Shown: piece after piece, positions 26,615 to 40,691 of the stretch | Layout: each line of letters starts with the position of its first letter | Position numbering within the stretch: position 1 is the first letter of the stretch | From: Octopus sinensis | Taxonomy: Eukaryota | Direction of reading: 5' to 3' | DNA: 64,000 nucleotides | Assembly (NCBI RefSeq): GCF_006345805.1 | Contig: NC_043021.1 | Span: forward strand, 62,001-126,000 | Position numbers and translations under genes: made by a program | The notes under the pieces: model-generated | The model's input: the letters and a program-made list of their open reading frames with translations, nothing else | What the model was told of the DNA's origin: nothing | The model's database searches: none

Positions 26615-27490
26615 GATCGTTGTCATGACACCATAGCACCATAATGGCATCTGATGTGGCTTTTTAAACCAGACAATGTTCTGAAAAGACACCCACAGAT
26701 TTCACATCCGATTTGGACCTCCAAGATCTGCAGATAAGTTCTGATCTTCGTGGATCTTAAAATGTCTTTTGAAGCTTCCGTTAGATTTGCAATCCTACCG
26801 GCATACGCTGCATTCAAATGTGTGCCGACATATAGGCAGAATAATTCGTGGACGTTCGTTTTCCATGGGTTCGCGAATGAGATTTGAGCCCAGCAAAAGA
26901 AAAGCATGATCTGTCACAAACTGTGCACACAAAAAGGTCATTGTCATTCACCTTCTCGGTGTTAACATTCTTCCTCAGAGGTTATCCTGGCCTCTTCAAA
27001 TGCTTTCACTCCGCTCCACATTTTTCGTTCGCCATCCAACCCGAACCGAAGCAAGGGTTTCTATGTCTTCTGGATCCATTCCAAGTGACTTCATAATAGT
27101 CCTTAAACCTTTTTTTTCTTTCTTTGTTTTATGCCGATCGCGTTTCCCCTTTGCAAGCTCACCATAAAGCAGCTGTTTCGGCATGCGTTCAACCACCATT
27201 CGAACAATATGGTCATACCATCTCATTTGGTTCCTTAAAATCATAACTTTAATTGAGGTGATGCCTGCACATGCAAGGACATCAGTGTTTGGAGAAAAAG
27301 AACTCTATTTAATGTTTAAAATGCGATGAAAGCATTTTTGGTGGAATTTTTCCAACAATTTTAAAAGCCTTTCATAACAAGTCCATATTTCGCAGGAATA
27401 CAACAGGGATGGCAAGACAAAGGATTTGTAAAGGGCCAGCTTTGTATTCTTATTCCTATGTCGCTGGCACCAAAAGCGTGACTCGGAGCC
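26615..27490 (-). mobile_element. RTE-clade LINE 3' fragment with C-terminal zinc-finger-like motifs
   Basis: TKLALYKSFVLPSLLYSCEIWT, RWYDHIVRM..ERMPKQLLYGEL..GKR, CEICGCLFRTLSGLKSHIRCH. Confidence 0.85.
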
Positions 27491-27791
27491 ACCAAAGATA
27501 AAAATAACGATTTTAAATGTCAACAAGAAAGTCTCGGTTAGGGTTCTTCCAAGCACAAAGGGAAGAAATTGTTTCTGTTAAGGTTTAAATGGAAAGATTG
27601 CGAGAAGATATTTTAATTACAGCTTGGATGCTTTGTTGAATTCTGTCTGTATGTCCGTGTGTATGAGTGTCTGTGTGTGCGTGTGTGTGAGTGTCTGTGT
27701 TTATGAAGTATGTGTGTTTTAAATAGTCAATCTATATCACACACACACACATATACATACATCTGTGTATGTATATTTGACTAAGTGTGAG

Positions 27792-27834
<43 letters not shown>

Positions 27835-28159
27835 ATGCAAGTGTGTATGCGAACATATACACGAATATGTGCTGTCCCTTCTATGTGGTATATTGCAAAT
27901 CACAGCTTCTCATTGTAACTGCTTCCTACGAACATCGTTGTTGCAAACTTATACTTATTTATTGAGCACTTTGAGTGGGAAACACGTGACTTTTGCATGA
28001 ACTGTGTATTGGATTGGGAAGCACCTGGTTTGTTCCTCATACATACATACATATCTATATACATATAATATAAATATATATATATAATATAATACAATAT
28101 AATATAATATAATATAAATAATATATATATGCATATGTACATATTTACACATGTATGTA

Positions 28160-28192
<33 letters not shown>

Positions 28193-28216
28193 ACCGATAT
28201 CTCTGTGTGCATGTGT

Positions 28217-28259
<43 letters not shown>

Positions 28260-28417
28260 ACGTATATATATGTATATATGTGCACACGCACGTACCTATA
28301 TGCATATTCACACACACACAAAATTATATATATATTTTCAGCATGCGTATATATACGTCCACCTCATACCAGCATGAAAAACGGATGTTAAGTGCAGATG
28401 CTGATGTGCATGCGTGC

Positions 28418-28473
<56 letters not shown>

Positions 28474-28619
28474 GTGTGTTCGTGTGTGCGAGTGTGTATG
28501 TTTCCCTCTGCGTCTCTCATCTCTTGTGTGACAATGTGGATATTTCTCTTGTTGCTTGCCGCCAACAAATTGCCGTATTGGTAACCATGGTGATGGAGGC
28601 TAACACACTCAGAATGTAG

Positions 28620-30220
28620 TTATGATGGCAGTGGTGGTGATGGTGGTGGTTGAGGGGGGGATGTTAGTAAATCATGATTGAGGTAGAGGAGGTAAGGCCT
28701 GGTGTGATGGTGGCGACAGTGGTGGAGGCGGCGGTGGCGGTGGTATAGCCGGTCATACCGATGGTAGTGTCGGTGGTGGTGGTGGTGGTGTTTGCGCTGT
28801 TCAAAATGATTGAGCTGTTATTTGTGATGATAGTCCAGTTGATGGTGTTGGCGGTAGTATCGGTGATAATCGTGCTGGTAGTGGTGGTGGTGGAGATGGT
28901 GGGGGCTGTGGTTGTGGTGGTTGTCGTCGTCGTCGTTGTCGTCGTTGTGTTAGGGGTGGTGCTGGTGGTGGTGGAGGTGGTCGTCGTAGTCGTCGTTGTT
29001 TTGGTGATGATGATGGTGATGGTGGTTGTGGGGCTGATGATGGTGGTGGTGGTGGTGGTGGTAGTGTCGATGATAGTAATGGAAGTGTTGGCGGTGTTAA
29101 TGGTAGTAGTTTTGATGCCGTGGTGTTGTCTCATGTGGTGATGGTATGGGTGGTAGTTCTGATGCAGATGGTGGTCATGGACGTTGTGGCGTTCATGCTT
29201 GTAGCGTTGATGTCGTTCTCGGTTTGTCTCAGGTTGTAAGTGGTGATGGTGCTGTCGGTTCTAAGTGGTGGTATTGGTGGCAGTACAGGTGGTGGTAGTA
29301 ACAATGGCAGTGCTTATGATGTTGATGTTATTAGTAATGTTTGTATAGAGTGTCGTTTTTTTTAATAATTACCATGTTGCACACAAATTTGGCGAGATTC
29401 AATGTTGCAGTTGTTGTTGGTGCTGTTGTTGTTGTGTTGTTATGGTCATTGTTGTTGTAATTACTGCAGTGGCTGCTGCTGCTTCTGCTGCTGCTGTCGC
29501 TGTTGTTGTCGTTGTTGTTGTTGTTTGTTGTTGGCTGCACATTGTTTTATGATCAGTTGTGATTAGTTGTCAAGAAAACAAGCACCTGCTCAGTGTTTCT
29601 ACAACACATCGCAAACCCACCGACCCACCGCCACCCCTTCTCCTTCCCTGATTATCTTCCATAAAACTGCCTACCTGCAATATTGATTCAGCATCATTAC
29701 CGTCAACATCACCACCACCACCATCACCACCATCACCATCATCATCACTATCATCATCAATACCATCATCATCTCCGTTTATTGCGAAGACAAATAATTT
29801 CAGGTAATAAATATTGAATGCTAAATGGTGGTGGTGGTGGTGGTGGTGGTGGTGGTGGTGGTGGTGGTGGAGGTGGTGGTGGTGGTGGTGGTGGTGGTGG
29901 TGGAGGTGGTGGTGGTGGTGGTGGTGGTGGTGGTGGTGGTAACGGTGTTGCTATCACAAAAAAAGAAAATGATGGTGAAAAAGTTGATATTCGTGACAGT
30001 TGACATTAGAGGGGATAATTTCTGCAGCTGTTGCCACTACTACTGCTACTACTACTAATAATAATAATAATAATAATAATACCACCATCACCACCGACAA
30101 AACCACCACCACCACCACTACTACTACCACCATCACCCCCACCGCCGCCACCACTACTATTAGTAGTACTACTACTAATACTACCACCACCATCGACATC
30201 ACCACCACCACTACTACTAC
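28620..30220. repeat. Low-complexity GGT/GTT/GAT and ACC/ACT field including near-pure (GGT)n 29826-29940
   Basis: Direct reading. Confidence 0.92.
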
Positions 30221-30671
30221 TCTTGCTAGTTTTGTTGTAAAACAAACCGGAAGTGCAGATGAAGTCGCTTTGAAGTCAGATAACGTTGTGACCCAACCAA
30301 AAAGACAGGAAACACGTAATGAGGCCTCTTAAGACATTGATGCGAAATTTTGACCTCGAAAGGTCACAAACCTTAAGAAGGGGTTTGCCACCTTTCTCAC
30401 AGTCGCTTACGCGTGTAATTCATGGGAAGAGAATGTGTTTCACATTTAAGTGAAAGTTGAGACAATCATGCCTTTACCGACTACAGAATCTACATGTCTA
30501 AGGTTGTTGTTTCCATAAAGATGGCTCAATGATGCCAAAAAACGGTACCATGAATTCAATGTCAAAGAGCGGCGCTTCCTGCCATAACCTTAATCTGTTC
30601 CACCAATCATTGTTTGAGGGGAAATTTTAGGCGAAAATGATGTAGAAATGTATTCTATGTATGTATGTAAG

Positions 30672-30705
<34 letters not shown>

Positions 30706-30749
30706 TGTATGTATGTATGTATGTATGTATGTATGTGTGCACTGTTTGT

Positions 30750-31095
30750 GACAGACCATAGCTTTCTTTTCCTGGGATGAAGCATCATTTGCGAACCCAT
30801 GGAAAACGAACCTCCACTAACTACTCTGCTTATCTATCTGTGCATACCTTTCAATGCCGTGTATGCCATAAGGTCTGTAAATCTAACGGAGACCTCAAAA
30901 GACATTTTAGGATCCACAAAGAGATCAGAACTTATCTGCAGCTCTTGGTGGTCCAGATCGGATATGCAATCTATGTGGATGTCGTTCAAATACATAGTCT
31001 GGTTTAAAAAGTCACATCAGATGCCATGATGGTGCTAAGGTGTAGGTACAGGAGGTGGTCAAACTCTGCATAAGAAGTAGACAACCACCATGTAT
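30750..31095 (+). mobile_element. RTE 3' tip, same family as 26615-27490
   Basis: CRVCHKVCKSNGDLKRHFRIH; shares gtctggtttaaaaag.cacatcagatgccat.atggtgcta with the other copy; ends in (ATGT)n. Confidence 0.75.
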
Positions 31096-31563
31096 GTATG
31101 TATACAGATAGGTAGGTAGGTAGGTAGGTAGGTAGGTAGGTAGGTAGGTAAGTAGGTAGGTAGGTAGGTAGCTATGCATGTGTGTGCGTACGTATGTCAG
31201 TGGAAGATATAAATATCAAGGATATAACCAAATAACCGGTGGGATTTTTCTAATGAAGTCCCTTCATTTATTTATTATGCATCAATTTACTGACAATCCC
31301 TTATCACTCTCCATTTCTTTATTAACCCTTATCACTCTCTCCCAGTTAAAAACACAGTAAAGCGTTGGAAACCTGCAAGTAACGACGCTATTGTTCACCA
31401 TCTGACATATAATAGCAATAAAAATCTCACAGATTAATCCCGAGGTTCCTCATTTTTCTGTGATGTTCCCGCTTCTTTTCCTTCCCTGTTTCCATTTGTA
31501 ATTCTTCCTCACCTCACTATGATGGTGTAGTGCAACAACTTAATAATATTAGGCTACGAACGA

Positions 31564-31782
31564 AGGCGGCGAGCTGGCAGAATCGTTAGCACGCCAGGCA
31601 AAATGCTTAGCGGCAGATTGTCCGTCTTTACGGTCTGAGTTCAAATTCCACCAAGGTCGACCTTGCCTTTCATCCGTTTTTAGATCGATGAAAATAATTA
31701 CCAGTTGGGCAGCGGGATTGATGTAATTGGTTTACAATATCACTTGAAATTGCTGGCCTTGTGCCAACATTTGAAATCAATA
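31564..31782 (+). mobile_element. SINE family B copy
   Basis: ggcggcgagctggcagaatcgttagcacgcc...ctgagttcaaattcc (A/B-box-like). Confidence 0.82.
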
Positions 31783-32189
31783 TTAGATTAGGAATGTTTG
31801 GTTTGCTCATTTCTTTGGAATATTGGCCCTAAAGCTATTTCTTTTGCTATCCTTAGGGTTTCGGCTGGTGATGCTCTGAAGACTCGTGTCTTCTCTTCCT
31901 TTCGCGGTTCTTCTTCAATTATTTTCGTTTTTCTTGTTTTTGCAAAATCTTCTCAGTTTTCCCTAGGCTGTAACAATTAGTATTTCTACCCTGCACCATT
32001 AAAGGAATTTCTTTGGCACGACGCTTCCTTCATAGTTTCGGTATGGCTCTGTGACTTTCGGGAGTTATTAGGACTTGCCAGGGCCATTTGACCACAAGTC
32101 ACTTTCGTTAAAGCTTGCTTTGACCACTCTCCCATACTACAACACAAAAGCCACTACTAGCCTTGGTTCTACCACGTGACCAATATTTC

Positions 32190-32525
32190 TTATTGTGAGA
32201 CTTGTTTTTCTTTGACCCGATATCCGTCTCTCCACTCCCTGTTCCAGGGAGACCCCAGGCACCATCTCTATACGGGTCCTGTCAGAAGTAACCGTCTGTA
32301 CACTTTCCGGATGCATTCCCAAGCGCCACTAACAGACTCTGCATATTATCCAATATCCCATTCTTGGTCTACTTCTAGGTCTTTGGGTGGTTTTCTCGCT
32401 TTGAAGAATCCGTCTTGCGATTCTCTCCTGCGACATTCTAACCACTTCTATTGGGACACAACTATATCATCACAGATATACCTGACGCTTCCAACCTGTC
32501 TCTTGGCAGTCTTCGCTTTTAAAGG
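32190..32525 (-). mobile_element. RTE-like LINE 3' fragment
   Basis: RMSQERIARRILQSEKTTQRPRSRPR and LGMHPESVQTVTSDR. Confidence 0.6.
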
Positions 32526-32889
32526 TTCAGCAAATAGTGTAACGGCTCGTATCTTTGTCACTCAAGACAATTTCGCATGATGTGTCCTAGAGAATTTCTT
32601 GTACTATTTCACTTGACTGACGGAACATTTTAAAATTTTCTGTTTTTGCCTAAGCAGTAATTTATAAATTTTCTCTTCGCCTTTTTTTGCGACAAAGAAA
32701 TTTTGCTGTTTTAAAAAATGTTCTCATCTACAGATTTTGTTCTGTAATTATGGTGGAGCCAAAAATACCATCCCTTTCTTTTAGCATTGAGGGAACCTTT
32801 GTCTTTACATTGCTACTGTAAGAACAGTAGACTTTGGAATCGTGTAAGAAATGTTTCTGCTATTGTTGCTGATATTACTGTCACTGTCG

Positions 32890-33087
32890 AAGGCAGAGAG
32901 CTGGCAGAATCGTTAGCACGCCAGACAAAATGCTTAGCGGCATTTCGTCCGTCTTTACGGTCTGAGTTCAAATTCCGCCCAGATCGACATTACCTTTCAT
33001 TCTTGCGGTTGAATACTAGGGTCGAAGTAATCGACTTAGCCCCTCCCCCGAACTTGTTGGTCTTCTGCCAAAATTTGAAACCGATAT
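32890..33087 (+). mobile_element. SINE family B copy
   Basis: Same consensus. Confidence 0.82.
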
Positions 33088-33264
33088 TACTGTCACAGCA
33101 ACAAGACCAACATTAAAGGAATTTTTGTTGACATTCTATGATATAGAGCACATTCATCTGTAACATGACGGGTTCGTTTTCTAAAAGCTAATCCGCCGTC
33201 GTATCGCTAACTCTTGCTCGTTCTCAGGGGAAAGAGACACTAAGTATTCTTACACCACCGCACG

Positions 33265-33320
<56 letters not shown>

Positions 33321-33954
33321 AAGAGAGAAAGGGGGAAGATGTGGGGGAGAGTTAGAGAAGAATCGATCCTCAACAGTTGACGGATATTTTATTTATCGAC
33401 TCCGGGGGAATGAAAAGCCAAGATGACTTCGGCTGGATTTGAAAGCAAAAAGAAACGCGGGGAAACATTTTTTCCGACACTGGAACGATTCAACCAATAT
33501 TTTGCTGAACAACCATAAACAATAGAGGCTTATCAACAACATGAACATTATCTGTTGCTCTCTGACTAAGTCCACCTTGTCAGTTTCCGCTGTGGTCAAC
33601 ACCCGAATCTACAAAGTAACGAGGGAATCTCTACAGTGCTACGCACTTTGCAGAAAATAACAGCTAAACCCCACTCCATCACACTTTGATGACTTAGGAA
33701 GGACACATCAGATAAGGTAATCTTAAAGGCAGGATGATCACGTCTGGAACACCATTGATCATTACCCACTCTCTCTCTCACTCTCTCTCTCTCTCTCTCT
33801 CTCTATCTCCCCCCTCTCCCTCTCTCTCTCCCGCACTTTCCCCCTCCCTTCTCTATCAACTGTGGCCTGAGAATAAACAAAAACAACAACAACTGATAGC
33901 ACAGAAACACTAAAGGAAAGTGCAGCAACCACGACAACAACAACAACAACAACA

Positions 33955-33986
<32 letters not shown>

Positions 33987-34087
33987 ATAGCAGCAGCAGT
34001 AACCTCAGAAACACCAAAGCTGACAGCAACAACTACAACAAGATCGAGTCATTAGAGCAAAAAAAAACACATTAAAAGCTATTCAGA

Positions 34088-34139
<52 letters not shown>

Positions 34140-34508
34140 TTCACTTCAACACAAATATATTACCAGATTTTTGTCACATCAATTCACTAATGATGTTATT
34201 TTAAACGCTGTCTGGCCGCTGTAGTTTACAACACAGATTAGACACCCACCTCATAACACCCAACATACACACACGCAATATATATATACGCACGCACATT
34301 ATGCACACACAAACGCATTAAGCATATAACTTCACTACCCGACTTATAAGCCACATCAGACGTAAAGCATTGTACTGTTTCCTGACAACCTATATATTTG
34401 ACAGTTACAATACACAAACATATACACGGTATATGCTTGTGTATGTGACTATGTATGCATGCATAATGTGGTAATACGTGTGTGTAAATATATATATATA
34501 TATATACA

Positions 34509-34576
<68 letters not shown>

Positions 34577-34612
34577 TATACATATATATATGTATATATA
34601 CGTATATAGATA

Positions 34613-34668
<56 letters not shown>

Positions 34669-34842
34669 GTGCATATACGTATATATATAGATGTGTGTGT
34701 ATATATATATGTACACACATACTTATATATATGCCTCATTTTTCTTCTCTCTTTCCATCTCTTTATTCTTTTACTCCGTTCTCTATGTTGTTATATTAAT
34801 ATCTACCATTCTCATTTTCCGTATTCCCCCCCACCCCAATTG

Positions 34843-34897
34843 TCTGTGATGATGGAATATCTCTTACTCGGGGATATCCCCGAAACAGCTGTAAGAT
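34843..34897 (+). ncRNA. Degenerate hammerhead-like motif
   Basis: TCT GTGATGA t GGaATATC...GATATcCCC GAAA CAGCTG TA AGA: palindromic ACAGCTGT stem III, C3 replaced by G. Confidence 0.45.
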
Positions 34898-35454
34898 TTC
34901 AAATTTCTTCCTTTAATAATATTGTATACGACTTGAAATGTTTGCCTTGCCTTAACGTTTGATGCCTTCTTTAACAATTCTATATCCGCTGCATCGGAAA
35001 TCTGCAATGGCTCCATAACTACCGTCTCGGATATAACCTTGGAGCCCCAGTAATCCAATCCATTACAGCACTTATCTAGCGTACTTAATCGTTTTGATCA
35101 CCTGTGAACTAAACCCCCATACTTTGTATGTGTGTATATATATATATACGATGCCTATTGAAGCAGAAACACATGACCACAGCTGTCCTGGCGTCTCAGC
35201 CAATTAGGACTCATTTTGTTTTCTGAATGGTTTGTGAGTTTTGGAGGTTTTCTGTTGTTGAAATTGTCTTCCATCTTCAATTGGTATTGGTGCTAATTAC
35301 TCCCAACCGACTGATCTAACTTCTCTGAAAACAAAGGCAAATTAAAGAAGTCAAAATTTATTTTGTGTGCTATTTAACTTTTTTGTCTTTGCTAATAAAA
35401 AAATTCCTCAGTTTATTTTCTAAAATATATATATATATGTATATATATTCTTTT

Positions 35455-35676
35455 ATTCATTTACCTGTTTCAGTCATCCGGTTGTGGCCATATTGGAGCA
35501 CCGCCATAAAGTTTTTATTTTTTTATTCGAAGAAAACGACCACAGGACTTATTCTTTGTAAGCCTAGTACTTATTCTACCGGTCTCTTTCGCAGAACCAC
35601 CTCGTCCAGGGTTCGCAAACACTCCAACATTGGTTGTCAAGCGATGAGGGGTATAAACACAGTAAAAAAACAGACA

Positions 35677-35718
<42 letters not shown>

Positions 35719-36281
35719 CAAAACGGAAAAGAATGTAACGGACGACAATAAATACATACGGACAGATGGATGATACAAAGATGGAAAGGAAAACAGGGAC
35801 GGAACATTCGTGGCTTTCTATTCTAGTCAAGATTCCAATTATCCCTACAGTTTCGGCTTCTTACACTTGAGACTGTTCAAAGTTGGTAGGCCCCAAAAAT
35901 CTAAGCAAAGGGCATTAAATGTTTGGAAAAAAGCGAGCGAATATGTGCGACAACACGGACAAAAAAACCCAGAAAACGGAGAAAATGTTATACGATTCCA
36001 AATACAAACAACAAGAATAACAACTGGCGTCTTTCGATTAAAAGGACAAGTTAAGTTAGGCTGGCGTGTGAAGAGGAAGCCTTACGGCAGCAATCATAGA
36101 TGAAAGGCACGATGGGCTTCTTTCAGTTTTCGTCTACCAAATTCACTCACAAGGCTTTGGTTGGCCCGAGGCTATAATAGAATAGTAGAAGACACTTGCC
36201 CAAGGTGCCTCGCAGTGGGACTGAACCCGGAACTATATGGTTGAGAAGCAGGCTTCTTACCACACAGCTACGCCTGTGCCT
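35455..36281 (-). mobile_element. SINE family A copy (head 36115-36281, tail 35455-35680) with nested insert 35720-36100
   Basis: Reverse complement of head and tail around an unrelated insert beside the (TA)n tract. Confidence 0.75.
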
Positions 36282-36329
36282 ATATATATGTATGTACATA
36301 CACTCACACACTTATGTGTGAGTGTGTGT

Positions 36330-36378
<49 letters not shown>

Positions 36379-36549
36379 TGGTGTGTGTGGTGTGTGTGGT
36401 GTGTGTGTGTGTGGGGGGGTGCATGATGGAGGCAATCTGTGTATTTCGGCTGACGTAGTTTATGCAGAAGGCCATTCATCGAAACTAATGTTTTGCATGA
36501 AAAAGTCTCCAAATGAAATGAGTGAAAGTAAGGTTGTTATATTTTAGTA

Positions 36550-37600
36550 ACATGGAAGGTTAAGAAGGAATTCGCTTAATTTTACGAGCGAATACAGAGT
36601 GGTTGGCAGCTGGGTGGTTCTAACATAAATGCGTTGATGAAAGGAGAGTTTAAGGTCCATAGACATGGTGAATGTGATCGGAATTAAATTTATTCGCTCT
36701 CTGCAGATGAATGGGTTTGTGATGAAGCAATTCTTCAGTCAATATTAAAACTGAGATGGGAAGAAGGTTGTAAGTCAATAAGAACTGCAGTTAGAAGGTA
36801 GTTCCAAATGTGTGGAGTGGAATTATAGAAGTAGATGTGAAGATAAAAAAGTGGATAGCGGGAGATATGAGGGATGTGGGCAGAAGGGACTGAACGGTGA
36901 TAGAAATTAGTTTGGACAAACGTATGAATCTATGAATCTTACAAAATGGTACTAATATATTAAACACACGGCTACTATCGAAGTACACTATTGCCGGATG
37001 GGGTGTCTACTGGGATATGCTTAGGAGAAAGACTGGTATTACTAGATAGAAAAGAATATGGATGGGTGGGGAATAAAAAGGGATAAAACGAATCGGAAGA
37101 AATAAAATGTTAAAAATATATAAAGAAAACTTATTGAACTGGAGAATGGTGGGAAAATATCAAGCGAAAATATAAGGATTACAAAAGGGTCTTCACATAT
37201 ATAGGCGGCAAATCTTTAAAGAATTTGACTGAGTGTTTAATACTTATCGGTTAATCACGACTTGGTTTAGGGTTTCAATGTTGTTGTATTGAAGGTGACG
37301 CAGTGTGTGTGATGGGACAGTTCATGGGGACACATATAAGGGTCGAGAATCAGGTGGGAGGTAGTGACAAACGAACTATCATATATATATATATGAATAT
37401 AGATCATTGCAAGTGCGTACATTGTGAGAGGTGTACCATGGACAACATAAGCATCTTCATCAGAGGGGATAAACAGCAGGCCTAATAAAGGTGAGACAAA
37501 CCAGTGGAGGGAAGAAATACAAGGGTCAGTTTCGAGGACATTGGTGGACACTTGCCCCTTGGTCACTTTCGTGACAGCACAGTATGGCTTAGGAGGATTA
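36550..37600 (-). mobile_element. Possible highly decayed Penelope-like RT region
   Basis: Purine-rich on + strand; minus-strand ITFTMSMDLK...TTLYSLVKLSEFLL weakly resembles Penelope FTMDVKSLY...TLVRLAELVL. Confidence 0.3.
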
Positions 37601-38326
37601 GTGGGTGTGATATGAAATGTTCAGCGATATCTGGAGGGGTGGATTCACCATGGACAGAAAAATTCTCATGACCCCATAAGCCCACAAAATAAAATTCAGA
37701 TTTGTACCCTGTTTTGCCGCGCTGGAAGAAAAGCCTTACAGCTGAGTATCCGAAGCAGAAATCCCAACTGCTCCACAAATGAAGTTAGGAGCTGTTTAAG
37801 GCCTTTCTGCCCTGAAAGTTTAGAAAGAGAAAAACAACAGCAGTTAACTGCACAGAAATACTTCGCCTGAGGCTGCAGTGCGACAACATGCGATGCCGAG
37901 TGCAACTCCGTAATGGTCAGGAGGAAGCGCTTCGCTCTCGTCTTTGGAAGCCAACTATGCGACCCACGTACAGGGGCGGGTTAAAATGAGAAGAACATGT
38001 TTTGAGGAAAGTACTCCTGACTTTGAATCTTCTAATTTTGAATCTTTTGTAATTCCTATAAATAATCGTTGTTAGATAGAAAAAAACCCGGCAAACAGGA
38101 ACATATCGAGGTGAGAATCCATGTTACAATCCTTTTGTGTAAAACCAGCGGGAATTGCAATTCAGGAGGGTTTCACAATGAATAAATGCGTGAATAAATG
38201 TGACAGTCACTTATGAAACCACCACCACCACCACCACCACCACTAGCATTCTCCTCCCTCTCCCTCTCCCTCTCTTTCCTACTTTGTATGTGTCTGTCAC
38301 ACTCTGTCACCCTCTATTCTACTTTT

Positions 38327-38364
<38 letters not shown>

Positions 38365-38527
38365 AGACAGACAAACAGACAGACGGACGGAACTATCATC
38401 GTTTTAATCGACTTCAGCTTTTCTCCCTATCTCAGATCTTGAATGACAGCAGAATGGGACACTGGATTGCTATTTCTGAAAACGAATCCCAATGAGATGT
38501 CAAGTAATGCTGGAGACGATCATCATG

Positions 38528-38635
<108 letters not shown>

Positions 38636-38747
38636 AAGAAGAAGAGAAGAAGAAGAAGAAGAAGAACAAAAACAACAACCGCAACAACAAAACTTCTGTA
38701 GGTATTCTTTTTGCAGTTACTGAACATATACATATACATATATATAT

Positions 38748-38812
<65 letters not shown>

Positions 38813-40604
38813 GCACGCACACACATACGCCCGCACACGGATATTCATATAATGATATATGAATAAAATATCGTTCCGTATTTTCTATTTCCATTTAGTA
38901 TTCAGGATACTGTCAGCTATATCAATATTTTATGTTCTTTTGAACTATTATCTGCAGAAGGCGACCGAATTGTTGTTTCACCTGGGTCATGTTTATAAAA
39001 ATATCAACTCAATGAATCCGTCTGTGCTGTCCACAAATATTTGTCACGATTCTTTCAGACAGGTAGTGATACACATGTTTGGCTCTTGCCACAATTCTTT
39101 AATTTAATTCGGTAATTCCTGTTCTTTGTGTAACATCTCCATTTCTATGAAACCGGAAATGCCAATGGAAACAGACTTACCATTCAACTGTAAAATATAC
39201 CTCTAAGACAACGACGCATCGATTGTAGCAAAAAGTCAATATTGTTGCAAAAGAAAAGCAGGTTATCACAGAAGAATAACATCCAAAATCGTCAGTAATT
39301 TCACATGCAACTTGAAAATTGGATTAAAGACTGGATTAAAGTGACTGGAGAGACAAAATCCTTTGCAGAACTTGCAGGTGATTCTACTTTCTTTGTTCGT
39401 CCATCAACCTAAAGGTGCAGTACTAGGTACACATAGGTAAGAGTCCAATAATGCCCATCCATTGTGATATGTGGACATTTCGGCAAATGGAATTCCTGCT
39501 ATTTGGTTAATTACTCATAGTATAAGCATAAGTTCTAAAACATATATGATATCTAAGTAGACGGGATCCTGCGTAACTGAAATTCTATTCTACCACAATT
39601 ATGGTTCTTACCATTCTTTAAGAATACGTGAAAAATTAACTATGACCTACTTGGGCGTATGTCCAGCACAATTTCTTTAGCTGAACTTAATAAAAATACT
39701 TTAACGCTCAGAGAAAAGAAAACTGTGGCCTGCAATAACGCTTCTTTGGTTTCGGTTTTAGAAAATAAAATGCAACAGGAATCATCTCCATGCAACAATT
39801 TCGTCAAAAGCACATTTATTTATGTTGTTGTTAGGGGAAGAGGGTTTACCATGGCAAATATTGAACGATATAAAACGATATTGAGATTGTTTACTGATTA
39901 TCTGTCTCATTATTAATAACGTCAACAGGTTAATTTGACAAGATACAAACTTATTCACCTCAGCCAAACACACACACACACACAGTTGGTAAGGCACTAT
40001 ACAGGTCACTCGTCCAAATAGAAATAACTGCAGTATTCTGTTCAGGTCACAACTTATCAATTAAAGAATTAAGTAGATGAGTAGAAAATATTAAGAGATG
40101 GTCAGATCTGGAACGTTTTGGTAATAAGTAAATTTGATCAGAACGGACTTAAAGTCCAGATACAACCACCACCACCACCACCACCAAAAACAACAACAGC
40201 ATCGATACAGATCGTTTTAGGCAAATGTTAACATTTTTCTGAAACAGAGTGAGACTCGTAGAGACACAAAGAATGAAATATTGCCGTCATAAAGCAAAAG
40301 AATAGAAGTGCTGAAACAGTGAGGCATATATACATATTACTATGGGAGGAATAAGAGAAATCTGACGTTTCGTAAAAAACACTTTTTCAGGAAGAGATAG
40401 AGTAAATGTACGACATCTTTCTCTCCTCCATCTCTCTTTCTCTCTTTCTCTCTCTCTCAGTTTCTCCTTCTCCTTTCTATCTCTCTCTTTCCTTCTTCAT
40501 CTCTAGTAAAATCCTTCACCAGTAGACATACAAGTGAGTCCAGTATCTGAGTTAATTGAATATCATAGAATTTCAAGGTTGTTAAAATCATATTTTTCAC
40601 TCAC

Positions 40605-40691
40605 CTGTTGATTCCTCCGTGGAGATTTAGAATTCCAATTTCCCCGAAGAAGTCACCAGAACTCATACTGGTAAGCACAGTCCCTCTGTCA
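40605..40691 (-). CDS. CNG channel exon: phosphate-binding cassette DRGTVLTSMSSGDFFGEIGILNLHGGIN(R)
   Basis: Acceptor attctacag, donor gtgagt, 87 nt; FGEI motif; phases fit both neighbours. Confidence 0.95.

Noticed and set aside
28664-29134. Thr-rich mucin-like ORF and Val-rich antisense ORF
   Set aside because: Degenerate GGT/GTT repeat, open on both strands, no supporting splice structure.
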